Shown piece after piece: positions 25,150 to 36,820 of a stretch of DNA of 64,000 bases. Source of the stretch: Hypanus sabinus (lineage: Eukaryota); NCBI RefSeq assembly GCF_030144855.1, contig NC_082712.1:136958001-137022000 (forward strand), given 5' to 3'. The position numbers and the translations under genes were made by a program. Below the pieces are notes generated by a model. The model did not search any database. It was not told where the DNA came from and saw nothing but the letters and a program-made list of their open reading frames with translations. The number at the start of each line of letters is the position of its first letter. Position 1 is the first letter of the stretch.

Positions 25150-25480
25150 TCTTCCAGAAAATGCTGCATAAATTCAACTTGATATCAAGACATACTGTTT
25201 CATATGTTCTTCCAAATTAAATTCAAGTTGAACTTTGATGTGATGCTTTATCGTTTGGTTTCGGTGTATAAGTTAGTTCAGTGGTGAAACCGCTAGCATT
25301 TTCAAATGGCTTGTTTGTAACAAACCCCTTTTCATCAAAAGGATTAGCATCTCTGTACCAGATGATTTGAGTCTCTTCGAAGGCACATCCTTTAACATTG
25401 CAAAAAAAGAATTACTGGTTGACCAATTTTAGGATTTTTTGTGAGGCACTTCATTTTTGAAACCATCTACAATGATTCTG
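25150..25480 (-). pseudogene. Decayed C-type Ig-domain exon
   Basis: After acceptor tttttcag (25481) it reads AESL*MVSKMKCLTKNPKIGQPVILF[+1 frameshift in T7 run]CNVKGCAFEETQIIWYRDANPF...FTTELTYTPKPND. Has the B-strand Cys and C-strand Trp, one in-frame stop and frameshifts. Confidence 0.6.
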
Positions 25481-26070
25481 CTGAAAAATGAATTTACAAT
25501 AAATAATGTGAGAACCTTAAAGGCATTTCAAAAATAAAGACCTACATGAGTCAATATATATTACTGCACTTGTAAAGTCCTTATTTTAATTCTTACACAT
25601 TCAAATATTGATACTTAATTACCATTTTCCACCTGAACTACTGCAGTTGGGTGGATAAGGAATATCATCCAGATAAAATATTTGCTGTCGTGGCATGGAA
25701 TCATACAGCATAAGAACAGGGCTTTGACTCAATTCATCAATACTGACCAAGATGCCAGAAGTTAGACACATCTGCCCACATTGCATGTATATCCCTGTAC
25801 ACTACCCGTTCAAATGTCTTCTAGATGTTGTTATTTTACCTGTTCCAGCTTATTTGATACACTATGCATCATTCTCTGCCTCAGGTCTCTAGAAAATTTT
25901 TATCCTCTCACAATTATACTCTCTAATTTTCCATTCCCTTTGATGGGGAAGAAGATTTGTGCATTCATCCTAACTATGTCCCATATATTATACACCTGTA
26001 AGATCACCTCTCAGTCACAGATACTCCAACAAATAAAGCGCTAGCCTGCGCAGCCTCTCCCTATAACTCA

Positions 26071-26245
26071 CCTCACACTTGACACTACTTCCATGATCTG
26101 TTTTTGGTGTAAATTTTATGCTTGTAATTGATGAAATCAGAACTTCTTCCGCAATCTCACGATAAACTGTTTTTGCGTCTTTCCATCTTTATATCACGTT
26201 ACTTTGATTTTCCCAACAACATAGCCATTTAAGATGCCTTTAGAA
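26071..26245 (-). pseudogene. Partial decayed IgC1 exon (array unit)
   Basis: Reads GYVVGKIKVT*YK..., later ISSITSIKFTPKTDHGSSVKCEV. The conserved Trp codon is TGA. Homologous to 27645-27912 and 32792-33052. Confidence 0.65.
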
Positions 26246-26262
26246 ATTTGAAACACTAATTA

Positions 26263-26607
26263 TCTATATACTAAAGCTCTCATGCTCTGTTTGTCTGTTT
26301 GTGACCTCCAATTAGCGCAAACGGCATTACAGCGGAACTATTTTTTCCTAAATCGACTGAAAATACGCTAACGTACAGAATGCAGGTAAAGTTCAGGGTT
26401 ATATATTAGTATAAAGTTGCTCATTTGCCACAATCAACAGCCCCGCTTTCACCTGAGAGTCACTCCACCATCATGGAAATCGGAATGCGACACCAGGATG
26501 CATGCGCACGGCCAGCCTCAGCAGCGACACCAAGCGGAGCAAAAGGGCAGGGCAGCTCTATTTCGATTCTCTCAAGGGGTGTCCCAACGGGTCACCCCAT
26601 TGTCTAG
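26263..26607 (+). mobile_element. Non-autonomous Helitron (345 bp)
   Basis: Inserted A|TC...CTAG|T with no TSD. GC-rich subterminal hairpin ggggtgtcccaacgggtcacccc at 26576-26598. Removing it restores acactaatta|tttcatctaaccagat, matching paralogous sites at ~30335 and ~31935. Confidence 0.85.
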
Positions 26608-26821
26608 TTTCATCTAACCAGATGTTAAACAACTGTAGCTACCTAGAATTATTTCTTCACAGCAGAAGAAAAAAAAACTCACCAGTTCAGACAATGTGAG
26701 GACTTGATTTGCAGTAAATGGTTAAATTAATATTTTGTTAAGTTTAAAATAAATCATTGCATCTATAACAACGTTATTGGAATGTGTCACATGAACACAC
26801 TAGAATGGTGCACTGTTCCCT

Positions 26822-27615
26822 GTTACAATTGATGGTGAAGTCGTTGCTGGGGCAAGGACCTACAAGTAGTTGGGGCTGCACCTGGATGACGGAATTGAGT
26901 CGAGCTCAAACACACAGGCTGTGTCAAAGAAAGGCCGGAGTCGCTTCTACTTCTTGAGGAGACTGAGGTCCTTTGGAGTGTACGGGTTTCTCCTTCACTT
27001 CTTCTGCCAGTCTGTTGTCGCCAGTACAATCTTCTCTGTAGCGGTGTGCTAGGGCAGTGGCATCAACACGAGCAATGCCAGCAGGCTCAATAAACTGTTT
27101 AGAAAGGCTGGCTCTTTCATAAACACAAAGTACACTGCAGATGCTGTGGTCAAATCAAGACGTACAAAAAAGCTGGATGAACTCAGCAGGTCGGGCAGCA
27201 TCTGTTAAAAGAAGCAGTCAACGGATGCTGCCCGACCTGCTCAGTTCATCCAGCTTTTTTGTACATCTGGCTCTTTCATGGGTGTTCAACTGGACACACT
27301 ACAGGCTGTTGTAGAACAAAGGACACTACAGAAAATCCTGGAGATTCTGGACAATGATTTTCACCCTCTGTATGCCACATTGGCTGAACAGAGAACTTTG
27401 GGTAATAGACCAAATCTACCATGCTGCTCCAGAAGCATTATATAAAGTCATTCTAACATTCGGCTATTAGGCTCTATAATTAGACAGCCGATAGCTGGTT
27501 AAATGATAACCCCTACTGTTGGACAGTATGAGGTATCCTTTTCCTTTCTGATATTTATATCTGTGCACTTTTAATTCTAATCTGACACTGTAATTTCCTT
27601 TGGGATCAATAAAGT
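26822..27615 (+). mobile_element. Old Rex1/Babar-like LINE 3' end (inside array unit)
   Basis: Reads NTQAVSKKGRSRFYFLRRLRSF...SVVASTIFS. Same insertion as 32118-32762, so it predates the unit duplication. Confidence 0.7.
27121..27266. mobile_element. 146-bp palindromic Penelope-associated insertion with 13-bp TSD
   Basis: ctggctctttcat at 27108-27120 and 27267-27279. Contains a ~40-bp inverted repeat, gtacaaaaagctggatgaactcagcaggtcgggcagcatc / gatgctgcccgacctgctcagttcatccagcttttttgtac. Confidence 0.75.
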
Positions 27616-27644
27616 ATCTATTATCTGTCTAATACAAGATCTTC

Positions 27645-27912
27645 CTTGAAGGCATAACTTTAATTCTTTCTTTTGAACTTTCTTTGTCTCTTTGTGAACC
27701 ACCTCACATTTTATACAACTTACAAGATCTGTTTTTGCTAGTGTAAACGTTATGCTTGTAATTGATGAAATCAGGCCAACTTCTACAATCTCAAGATGAC
27801 CTGTTTTTGTGCCTTTCCATCTTTATACTATTCTACTTTGATTTTCGCAGGAACTTATCCATTCAAGATGCTAAATGTTGCAGGCTATTTAGCTTGAAGT
27901 AGTTCTGGATCA
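27645..27912 (-). pseudogene. Decayed IgC1 exon (array unit)
   Basis: Reads VPAKIKVE*YKDGKAQKQVI...LISSITSITFTLAKTD...IKCEVVHKETKKVQKKELKLCLQG. Multiple stops and frameshifts, and no GT donor (CAAG|GA). Confidence 0.7.
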
Positions 27913-28694
27913 CTTTTAACATGAGATACCTCCTTTCAATTTAAACCAATGCTCTCTAGTTTTTCCATTCCATTTGATGGGATAAAGATTCATGCATTCA
28001 TCCTGACTATGCCCATATAATATTACATTATATATTATATAATATAATAAAATCACCTCTCAGTCTCCGATACTTCAAAAAATAAAGTCCTAGCTGCTCA
28101 GCCTCTCCCTATAACTCACCCCCTTGAGTCCTGGCAACATTCTCATAAATCTGCTTTGCACTCTTTCCAGCCAATGATATCTTTTCCATGAGAGTAAACA
28201 AAGCTGAGCACAATACTCCATGTGCTGCATTACCAACATCTTGTATAACTGTAATGCAATGCCCTGGCCCCCTACATTCAATTCCCTGATGCAGGCCAGC
28301 AGGCCAAATGTGCCTTCTTTTCCAACTGACTACCAGTCATATCACATTCTCATAGAGACATTAAAAATATCATATTTCTAAACACCCTCATCCGGACTAT
28401 CCTTCTCCTTTCTAGGTACTCTTAAAACAGTGGATCACATGCCAGTTTACCCATCTTTCCTTGTCAGCATTTCAGGATCCGAACCACCCTCATTTCCTCC
28501 ATCCCATTCCATAGAGAAGAGAGATACAATGATAAGGGAGTTTATTTATCAATGCAGAAGTCACAAATATGTGTCAGATGAAAGTGTGGGATGCATGCTC
28601 AGTAAGATTCTTGACAACAGAGTCAGTATTCATTGCTTTGTGGAAGAAAAGGGAAGTGATCTTGTTTTAAAATGGAGGACTAAAGTGATTAGAA

Positions 28695-29742
28695 CAGGGG
28701 TGGGCAAACTTTTTGACTTGTGGGCCACAAAGGGTTCTAAAATTTGACAGGGGGGCCAGACCAGGAGCAGATGGATGGAGTGTTTTGGTAATACACCTCA
28801 TAAGAGAAAATAAAATTTCATGGGATATGTAGAAAACATGTGCTTTAATTTCAATTGAAAATGAACAAATGCATTACAACAAAATATCTGTCTTTGAAGT
28901 CCCATGGTATGTAGCTATTTATTGAAATGACTTTTAAAACACTGAAAATTAAATGAATAAAATACAGCTTTTTTTAATAGTAACACTTATTATTTTAAAG
29001 CACTGAAAATTCTGTTATCCTTCAAGATATTATCATCATCACTCTCCTGACTGTCTTTATTTCAAAAACGGTAGGAGATGCAGGTCTACTTGTCCTGCTC
29101 CTTCTTATTCAATTGTCTCCTGTGCCAAAACTCAACAACGACCAGCACAAAGACAGAACAATGACAGCGCGCCAGTATGCGGAGCACGTTATTTGATCTG
29201 GAGCGCATTTTGTATTTTGAGAACGTACGTGCACCTGCGCACTACTCATGTCCATCACTTAACAGAAATGTCATGTAACATGTAAGGCTTATTGAAAAAA
29301 ATATTTTCAAATGCATTTTTTACATAACACAACGAAGAAACTTATTTTTAATTTCAGTGGGAAGAGTGTTGTTGGTCTCCCTTTTTAGCCAGCGCATCAA
29401 AGTCTGGATTTAGTTTTGTTGTGGCGATTCTCAGGATGGATCTGAGGTGTTGGTTAGTTAACTTGGATCTGTGGCTGGCTTTGTTGATGTTCATGATGCT
29501 GAACGCCTGTTCACACAAATAGGTCGAGCCAAACAAAGAGTAAAGCGCAAATGTGGAGTAATACGCTGCACCTCAACAAAGGTCAATGTATATAGAGTGC
29601 GTCATCTATTGGGAAAACGCCAGAATTGCGGGGAAAAAACGTTAACAAGGTTTATTAATATAATTTCATCAAGTTCTGCGGGCCGGATTAAAAAGCTTAA
29701 CGGGCCGCATATGGCCCGCGGGCCGTAGTTTGCCCATGCCTA
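28695..29742 (-). mobile_element. hAT-Charlie-type deletion derivative, 8-bp TSD GATTAGAA
   Basis: TIRs caggggtgggcaaact / agtttgcccatgccta, with a perfect 8-bp TSD at 28687-28694 and 29743-29750. ORF 29354-29536 (FGSTYLCEQAFSIMNINK...RSKLTNQHL) is a hAT dimerisation-domain remnant. Confidence 0.9.
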
Positions 29743-30217
29743 GATTAGAAGCATCTTTAGGTATGGAAGTTCACACCAGAGTCTACCATAAAAATCCAGT
29801 CCACCTTATAATACTTGAGGAGTGGATGACATGACAGACACTCAAGGGAAAAGTAGTTCGCCATAAAGTGCTCAAGTCTCTGTCTGGAGATGACAACTTT
29901 GTTGATATTTACCTATATAATCAGGAGAAACAGGAGGTATACAAATGACATGAGAAATTTAATTTTGTAAAACTTAAGCAGATCTGTATTTGGCACTTTC
30001 AATGTATTCTTGTTAACATCTAAACATCAGTGGAAATTTATTCGATATGGGCACCCAAGAAATGAAGCCAGCAATCAGACAGAGCACTGAAATGGTCTAG
30101 CAGCCTGTATAGAACGGCTCAAGTTCACCATTCCAAATACTAAAGCTTGTCTCATGTGTAATAATCTAAAACTCTATTTTGCCCCAATAATGGATTTCAA
30201 GTAAATATACACTTTAC

Positions 30218-30262
30218 CTTCACTTTTTGCTGGATTGCTGCCATCTTGCTTGTCAACATTGT
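30218..30262 (-). CDS. Candidate 45-bp cytoplasmic micro-exon of the NCR3LG1-like gene
   Basis: ttttttcccctgacag|AC AAT GTT GAC AAG CAA GAT GGC AGC AAT CCA GCA AAA AGT GAA G|gtaaag. Phase 1-1, open, (D)NVDKQDGSNPAKSE, in frame with the TM exon. Confidence 0.5.
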
Positions 30263-31224
30263 CTGTCAGGGGAAAAAAAGCAGTTTAATAAAACCCAACA
30301 CTAGACAAATCAAATCAGCTCTTAGAAGTTTAAAACACTAATTATCTCATCTAACCAGATCTTAAACATGTGTATCCACCTGGAATCATCTATTCCCAGC
30401 ATTAGTCAAAAATCCACACCAGTTCAGTCAATGGGAGGACTTAATATGAATTAAATAGTTAAACCAGTATTGTGTTAAGTTTAAAATAAATCATCATTGC
30501 ATTTATAACAACTTTATTGAAATGAGTCACATGAACACACGAGTACTCTGCTCTGCTCCCTGTTACAATTGATGGTGAGGACGTGGCTATGAAGAGGAGA
30601 GAAGTGTGGGATGCTTGCTGAAAAAGATTATTGACACCAGAGTCAGGATTCTCTGCTTCTTGGAAGAAAAGGGAAGTGATCTTGTTTTTACATGAATGCC
30701 TGAAGGGTATAAGGCATGTTCAGGCATGGAAGGTGGCACCAGAATATATTATCAAAATCCAGTCCATGTTAGAATACTTGAAGAGTGGATCACTCGACAC
30801 GGCCAAGGGAAAAGCACATGATCCTTCTACAGCTGCTCATGGTTTACAGTAAGGTGCTGAAGTGTCTCTTTGGAGAGGACTACCTCTTTGATCTTTACTC
30901 ATCTGATCAGAGAGACATAGGTGTTCAAATGACAGAAAAATTAATATGTAGTGCTTAATTAGATCTGTATTTGGCTCTGAGTATATTTCTGTCATCATCT
31001 CATGAACTAAGGAAATTTATTGGACATGGGCATCCAAGCAATGAAGGCAGCAGACTGACAAAGCGTTGAAATGGACAGGCAGCTTGTATACAACAGCTTA
31101 AATTCACCATTCCAAATACCAATGCTTGTCTCCTGTGTAATCATGTAAGATCGTACTTTGTCCCAGTAATGTGTTTCAAGTAAACCATGTCCAGTTCAGG
31201 AACATCCCAAAATGATTACTTCAC

Positions 31225-31457
31225 CTTCATCTTTTGCTCTACTGCTGCCATTGGAGTGTCGTGGGAGATGTTGTGTTGTGAGGTGCCTAGAGACCCGAGT
31301 TCTTTGGGCTTAGAGCTTGAAAAAAGTGACGCAACGGACTTTAAACATCATAAAATCAGAGAACTGATTGTTATGTCTCCCCTCTCACTGTGAAACAGGG
31401 ACACCTCTTTTTCCCATATTAGGGGGAGGGAGGGAGGGGGAGAGGGAGAGGGAGAGG

Positions 31458-31499
<42 letters not shown>

Positions 31500-31858
31500 G
31501 GTATGTCGAATTACTGCATGAACGAGTAGAACTTGGGGTAGCGCAAGTCTGTGTCTTTATCAATGCTTTGCTGCATGCTTGAGTGTTCAGTGGAGGAGAC
31601 CAATGCCTTTTTTTTGCTGGTGGGGGAGGGAGATTGGTGCTTTCCTGCTGCTTTTGCTTGAGAGTGGCGAGCTGGGGGGGGGGGGGTTGGTTTGGGGTTC
31701 TAACATTTAATTGTCATTCATTCTTTGGTGCGCTCCTCTGTTTTCGTGAATTCTTGAGAAGAAAAAGATTTTCAGGATGCATATTGTATACATTTCTCTG
31801 ACATTAAATGTAGCTTTTAAAAGTTTGACACTGTTGGAACCTTTCTCATGGGCAAAGT
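31225..31858 (-). pseudogene. Paralogous 51-bp micro-exon split by an insertion
   Basis: Joining 31834-31858 and 31225-31250 gives (D)FAHEKGSNGSSRAKDE with AG/GT ends, similar to 30218-30262 and with homologous flanking introns. Confidence 0.55.
31256..31833. mobile_element. Unclassified interspersed repeat containing a (GA)n microsatellite, putative 5-bp TSD TTGGA
   Basis: ttgga at 31251-31255 and 31834-31838. Absent from the paralogous unit. (GA)n at ~31460-31495. Confidence 0.55.
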
Positions 31859-32117
31859 CTGGAGGTAAAACAAAAGTAGTTTAATAAAACCTGACATTAG
31901 TCAAATTAAATTAGCTCTTTAAATTTAAAGCATTAATCATTTCATCTAACCAGATATTAAAATGTAACCACCTAAAATTATCTATCCACATTAGGATAAA
32001 AACCACACTGTTACAGTCATATGAAGTAAATGGTTAAATTAATATTTTGAAATAAATGATCATTGCATCTTTAACAACTTTATTGAATTGTGCCACATCA
32101 GCAAATGAGTACTCTGC

Positions 32118-32762
32118 ACTACAATTGCTGGTGAGGACGTGGCTGTGCCGAGGACCTACAAGTACCTGGATGTGCACCTGGATGACAGAGTTGAGTGGAG
32201 CACCAACACAGAGGCTGTGTCGAAGAGGGGCCAGAGTTGCCTCTAGTTCTTGAGAAGCCTAAGCTCCTTTGGATTATGCAGTCCTCCTTTTCACTTGTTC
32301 TAACAGTCTGTTGTCGCCAATACAATCTTCTATGCTGTTGTGTGCTGGGGCAATGTCATCAAACCCGGTGATGCCAGCAGACTCCGTTAACTTTGTACAA
32401 AGGCTGGCTCTGTTATAGGAGTGTAACTGGATGCTGTGGTGGAACAATGGACCCTACAGAAAATACTGGCAATTCTGGACAATGATCTCACCCTCTGCAT
32501 GCCATCTTGGCTGAACAAAGGAGAACTTTTAGTAACCGACTAAGGCAACTGCGCTGCTTCAAAGAGCGCTATATCAGGTCATTCCTACCCTCCACCACTA
32601 GGCCCCATAATGAGTCAGCCATTATAGGGTAGTGATGATCCCCTCCTGTTACACTGCTTGAGGTAACTTATTTTTATTCTTTTGATTTCTCTTCAAATAA
32701 CTATATTTGTGCACTTATAATGCTATTGTGATACTGTAATTTCCTTTGGGATTACTAAAGTA
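32118..32762 (+). mobile_element. Old Rex1/Babar-like LINE 3' end (array unit copy)
   Basis: Colinear with 26822-27615 (acacagaggctgtgtcgaagagggg...cagtctgttgtcgccaatacaatcttc). Confidence 0.7.
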
Positions 32763-32791
32763 TATATATCTATCTGGTACAACAAGTTTTC

Positions 32792-33052
32792 CTTGAAGAT
32801 GTAATTTGAATTCTTTCTTTTGAACGTTCTTTCTCTCTTCGTGAACCAGCTCACATTTGATGCAACTTGCATGATCTAATTTTGTTGGTGTCAGCTTTAT
32901 TCTTGTAACTGATGAAATCAGACCATCTTCTGCAACCTTGGGATGACCTGTTCTTGCATCTTTCCATCTTTATACCACATTACCTTGATTTTCACAGGAA
33001 CGTAGCCCCTCAAAGAATTGCTAAATGTTGCAGGCTTTTTAGCTTCTGGATC
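32792..33052 (-). pseudogene. Decayed IgC1 exon (best-preserved array unit)
   Basis: Reads GYVPVKIKVMWYKDGKMQEQVI[frameshift]AEDGLISSVTRIKLTPTKLDHASCIKCELVHEERKNVQKKEFKLHLQG. The 5' part is replaced by a CR1 fragment and the donor is lost. Confidence 0.75.
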
Positions 33053-34549
33053 ACTTCTCATCAATCTGCTTTGCACTCTTTCTAGCCAATAATATTTTTT
33101 CTTTAGAAAAGTAAACAAAGCTGTGTACAATACTCCATGTGCGGCACTTACAACATCTTGTATGACTGTAATGCAATGCCCCATCCCCCTACATTCAATG
33201 CCCTGCTGAAGGCCAGCATGCCAAATAGGCTTCCTTATTCACCAATCTACCTGTCATGTCATGTCATGTTCTCAAAGAGACATTAGAAATATCATACCCA
33301 CTCATCTGGACTATCCTTCTCCTTTCTAGGTATTCTCAATACAGAGGATCACATGTCAGTTTACCAGTTGTGCCATGTCAATATTTCAGGATCTCAACCA
33401 CACTCATTCCCTACCTCCCATTCACTACAGCTGATAAAGGAGTTTGTTTGTAGATGCAGAAGTCAGATATGTTTGAAAGACAAATGTGTGGCAAGCATGC
33501 TGGGAAAGATTCCTGACACCAGAGTCAGGATTCATCACTTCATGGAAGAAAAGGAAAGTGATTTTGTTTTAAAATTTATTCCTGAAGGGTGTACATGCAT
33601 GTTCAGCTATGGAAGCTGGTACCAGAATCATCCATGGAAATCCAGTCCATGTTAGAATACTCGAAGAGTGTGCCACTGACTGAGCAGAAAGGAAAAGCAC
33701 ATGATCCTTCTACAACTTCTCATCATTCGCCATAACGTGCTGGCGTATCTGGAAATGAGCATCTCATTGATCTTTATTCATCTGATCAGGAAGCATACAA
33801 ATAACAGAGAAAATTTAATTTTGTAAACCTTAATCAGATCTGTATTTTGCTCTGTGTGATTATTTTTGTCATCATGTAAAGAAATGCATTGAAATTTATT
33901 AGATATGGGCACCCAAGGAATGAAGGCAGTAGACTGACAGAGCGTTGAAATGGAATGGCAGCTTGTATACAACACCTTAAATTCACTATTCCAAATACTA
34001 ATTGCTTGTCTCATATACAATAAAATTTGACTTTGACCCAATTATGGTTTTCAATAAAACATGTCCAGTACCATAATTATTTATTTGCATGCTAACTGGC
34101 CCCAACATTTTACACAATACTTCCAACTCTTTATGATATTTAAACTCCTCCAGTAAAAGTATTATTCTAATCATTTGAGCAACAGTGCCATTTAAAAATT
34201 ACACATGTCACACTGATTTGTCATCAAATCTGATCACACAGCTGTTAAACATCAGCGATACCCCCTGCCACATCCTCCCTCATTAAACTACTTTTTTTGC
34301 AGCATCAGCTAAGAGAAATCCATACCACAATGATTGAGAAATTTTCTCAGTGACATTGGGCGTATTTGTGCTTCACTGCTTTGTTATTAACCATACATTC
34401 CAGCAAGGAACCCTCCAAGGCAATCATGTACTACTAGAGTACAAAGAAATTTTAACTGCACACAAATTGTCACCCTCTACCTCGTTGGTAAGTTAAGTAT
34501 ATTTCACCATCATACATAATCACATTCCCTTCTCTAGTTTCTGACTCAC

Positions 34550-34570
34550 TGATGTGTATTATTTCATTTG
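34550..34570 (-). CDS. Possible 21-bp micro-exon after the TM exon
   Basis: T-rich acceptor ttattgtttaaag|CA AAT GAA ATA ATA CAC ATC A|gtgagt. Phase 1-1 and open. Splice-signal evidence only. Confidence 0.3.
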
Positions 34571-35149
34571 CTTTAAACAATAAATAACAAACAAAACTTT
34601 GAACAAACAAGAAGGGTTTCGAGCCGAGACGTTGACTATTTACTGTTCTATAGATGCTGCCTATCCTGCCGAGTTCCTCCAGTGTTTTGTGTGTGTTGCT
34701 TAATGCTCATTCAATGTCAAGGGCAATTAAGCAAAGGAAGTGACAAAAACAGGATCAGAACCCATGAAATGGGCCATATTTAGTGGGGTCCCACATTGTG
34801 CTATTAAAACAGTGCCCTGGAGAAAATTCAACTAGTTTTCTAGGGAAGAATCTTACTGGGGAAATTAATCTACATTATCCAAAAGGAACTTTGAAAATTG
34901 AATCATGTAATTTATTGCATCATAAAAATGAACTGTGCATCAATTCCCAATTCAAATGTGTTAGAAGGGAAATATAATTATAATAAAAAAATTCAAAATA
35001 ATATGGAGGCTGTGTCTGGAGTATCAAATTCCATTCAATGTAGAAACTCCAAGCAAGGTTTTCTGTTGAACACCAATGGGGGAGTACAACTACTGCAGCC
35101 CAGTTGTAAGCAAAGCAAAAAAAATCAATCACTTCCCAGTTTGGGGAAG

Positions 35150-35540
35150 AGATACAAGAAGCAGTCAAAGGATCAGAACAGCATTGCAAATTCACAGCCA
35201 GCAACCCAGGTTCAATGCCAACCTCTGGCACTACTTGTGTGGAGTTTCCACACTGCCTGTGATGCTGGAATTTACTCCAGGTGCTTTGGTTTCCTTCCGC
35301 ATCACCAAAAAAAAACATATGTAGGCCAATAGGTTAATAAAAACTCTGAATTTCCCCAAGTTTAGGTGAATGGTAGAACCTGGGGGGGGGGGGAGCTAGT
35401 GAGAAACTGGGGAAAATAACTTGGGATTTTGTAATGAGTGCTTGATAGCTGGCATGGTCACACGGAGCCAAATGGCCATTTTCTTTGCTGCATCTTCTAT
35501 GACTCAATGCACAAACTGCAACACACCAAAACGATTTCAC
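35150..35540 (+). mobile_element. tRNA-derived SINE
   Basis: B-box-like caggttcaatgcc (~35207), then tgtgtggagtttccacac...ggtttccttccgcatc, the shark/ray SINE core, and a CR1-like tail. Confidence 0.55.
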
Positions 35541-35554
35541 TGTCTTCATACTAC

Positions 35555-35668
35555 CTTTTAGAAAGATCCAGAAATAAGCAAGAACCCCTGCGGCAAACGG
35601 GAAATATAATGCAAGTCCTCCTAGAAATGCAGGAATACCCACTGCTGCTGTTGAAGTTGATTCTGGCT
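35555..35668 (-). CDS. NCR3LG1: NCR3LG1-like transmembrane exon
   Basis: tttcag|(E)PESTSTAAVGIPAFLGGLALYFPFAAGVLAYFWIFLK-G|gtag. 114 bp, phase 1-1, in frame with the C1 exon, hydrophobic helix. Confidence 0.8.
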
Positions 35669-36499
35669 CTGAAATTTAGGAAACCAAAACGACAATATGA
35701 GCATTTAGACACACAAATAAACTTCACCATCTTGAGACACATGAGTTTTTGCTAATTATAAATCACCATTCATAAGCCCTGTAAAAGTTTCTCAAGAAAT
35801 TGAAACCATAATTGTGCAATTTATTTTCATTTTAAGTCATGGCGTGGGAATTCCATTCAGTAGTTTTGTTATTTTTCATATAATCTGGAATAAGTGATGG
35901 GCTCAGAGTTACTAATATCCCAACTTTTGACTCAACTTATTTGCACATGATATCAGTTGTAAGTTACGCTGTCCAATATTCAAAAAGATAAAAAACTAGC
36001 CCTGGGTAAGGGTGGTGACAGAAGGCCAGAACAATGCCGCCAAACCTGTCTCAATTATTTTTAGGACATATTAAAAGAATATCTAACCCACAGGATGAAG
36101 ACAGAGGCAGAACGGCAGGGCCCTTCTTACTTAACCAAATCAAGTACAGGAAAGGTAGACAGCAGTGTGCAGAAAATGAAATGATACGTTGAAGGTAAAA
36201 ATTAATTACTCATGGCATGGAAAGAATCAGCAGTTGCATTGGCACAAATAGTAAAATGAGTTAATGAGCAAGTAACTATCAGCCAGTCACCAAGAGTCTC
36301 TGTACAAATCCAAAATGTGCCAGCCTACTGTTTATTTTCAGGCATGACTCAAATTCTCAGCCAATATCTTTCTGGGGTGAAATAACAAACAATGAACTTT
36401 GATTTAAATCAGTGGGACTAGAGTCAAATATTTAAAAAAAAACATTATTACAAATATTGCTATGAAGTATCCCCAACTTATTCAAAGTATGGAACATAC

Positions 36500-36820
36500 C
36501 TTCAACTGTGAGTTTCACCTCCTGTGAAAGTTCATCTGGAAGGGACTGATGTCTCACTGTACACTTGTATATATTACCATCATCATTCAGAGTTGGTACA
36601 ATTCTAATATTACTGGAAACATTAAATGTTCCATCATTATTAGAAACCACAGCTCCAGTGTAGACATGTCTTTCCAATCTCTCAGCTTTCCCTCTGGATA
36701 TCTTTTCCCAGAAGATTTCATGATTCTGAGGATAAAATTCCGTAGCATTACACCAGACAGATTTCTCTGTACCATTCAGAATGGTAATGTGTTGTGTGGA
36801 TAGAAGCACCTTTGGCTTAG
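36500..36820 (-). CDS. NCR3LG1: NCR3LG1 (B7-H6)-like IgC1 exon
   Basis: 321 bp, AG/GT, phase 1-1. Reads (A)KPKVLL...WCNATEFYPQNHEIFWEK...NNDGTFNVSS...IYKCTVRHQSLP...KLTVE. C1-set FYP, W, DGTF and YxCxVxH motifs resemble B7-H6 as I recall it. Confidence 0.85.
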
